Shown here: positions 63,150-64,000 of the stretch, in pieces
Layout of the letters: each line of letters opens with the position of its first letter
Position numbering within the stretch: the stretch's first letter is position 1
DNA from: Tubiluchus corallicola
Taxonomy: Eukaryota > Animalia > Priapulida
Assembly: GCA_030141605.1 (NCBI GenBank)
Contig: JAQGDQ010000211.1
Span: 319,855-383,854, forward strand
Direction of reading: 5' to 3'
Length of the DNA stretch: 64,000 nt
Translations under genes and position numbers: made by a program
The notes under the pieces: model-generated
The model's database searches: none
Told to the model about the DNA's origin: nothing
The model's input: the letters and a program-made list of their open reading frames with translations, nothing else

Positions 63150-64000
63150 ACTAACAGATGGCGCAACACATTTTGCACGATATACCATATCATTATTAAT
63201 TACTCCACTAATCCTCACTTATTTGAACAATGTAAAAATGTTATCTCAAAGTTACACCATATTATAAATCATACACTCTTTCTTGTCAATAGATGGCGCA
63301 ACACATTTTGCACGATATACCACATCATTATTAATTACTCAACTAATCCTCACTTATTTGAGCAATGTAAAAATGTTTTCTCAAAGTCAAACCAGCTTAT
63401 AAATTATACGCTCTTTCTTGTCAATAGATGGTGCAACACATTTTGCACAATATACCACATCATTATTAATTACTCCACTAATCCTCGCTTATTTGAGCAA
63501 AGTAAAAATGTTTTCTCAAACTTAAACCAGCTTATAAATTTTACGCTCTTTCTTGTCAATAGATGGCGCAACACATTTTGCAAGATATACCATATCATTA
63601 TTAATTACTCCACTAATCCTCACTTATTTGAGCAATGTAAAAATGTTTTCTCAAAGTCAAACCAGATTATAAATTATACGCTCTTTCTTGTCAATAGATG
63701 GCGCAACACATTTTGCACGATATACCCTATCATTATTAATTACTCCACTAATCCTCACTTATTTGAGCAATGTAGAAATGTTTTCTCAAAGTTAAACCAG
63801 CTTATAAATTATACACTCTTTCTTGTCAATAGATGGCGCAACACATTTTGCACGATATACCATATCATTATTAATTACTCCACTAATCCTCACTTATTTG
63901 AGCAATGTAGAAATGTTTTCTCAAAGTTAAACCAGATTATAAATTATACGCTCTTTCTTGTCAATAGATGGCGCAACACATTTTGCACGATATACCCTAT
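63150..64000. repeat. 135-bp intronic tandem array (runs off window end)
   Basis: agatgg(c/t)gcaacaca at 63156, 63291, 63426, 63561, 63696, 63831, 63966. Confidence 0.93.

Overview
AT-rich, repeat-dense animal genomic DNA (probably an invertebrate bilaterian) with spliceosomal introns. Most ORF-track entries are repeat artefacts. Five protein-coding genes are supported. (1) A single-coding-exon class A neuropeptide-type GPCR (+, 10296-11636). (2) ETFA (+, 10 coding exons, ~22148-36243). (3) MYDGF (-, 5 exons, 44695-40664; absent from the ORF track; ends KTEL). (4) FANCI (+, only 3 coding exons, 51033-58713). (5) The last two exons of KATNAL2 (-, 62850-60277). The rest is non-autonomous DNA transposons (TTAA-flanked Kolobok-like, hAT, Tc1/mariner-like), LINE 3' fragments, tRNA-derived elements and many tandem arrays. 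Four observations stand out. FANCI coding intron 1 is almost entirely one TTAA-type MITE whose terminal inverted repeat supplies the splice donor (introner-like). Several satellites have grown out of short internal segments of MITEs. Two stop-containing partial copies of a KATNAL2 exon, with intact acceptors, lie upstream of the real exon. A tandem array carries nine CTCF-like motifs. All alignments were done by eye, and orthologue comparisons are from recalled sequences, not database searches.
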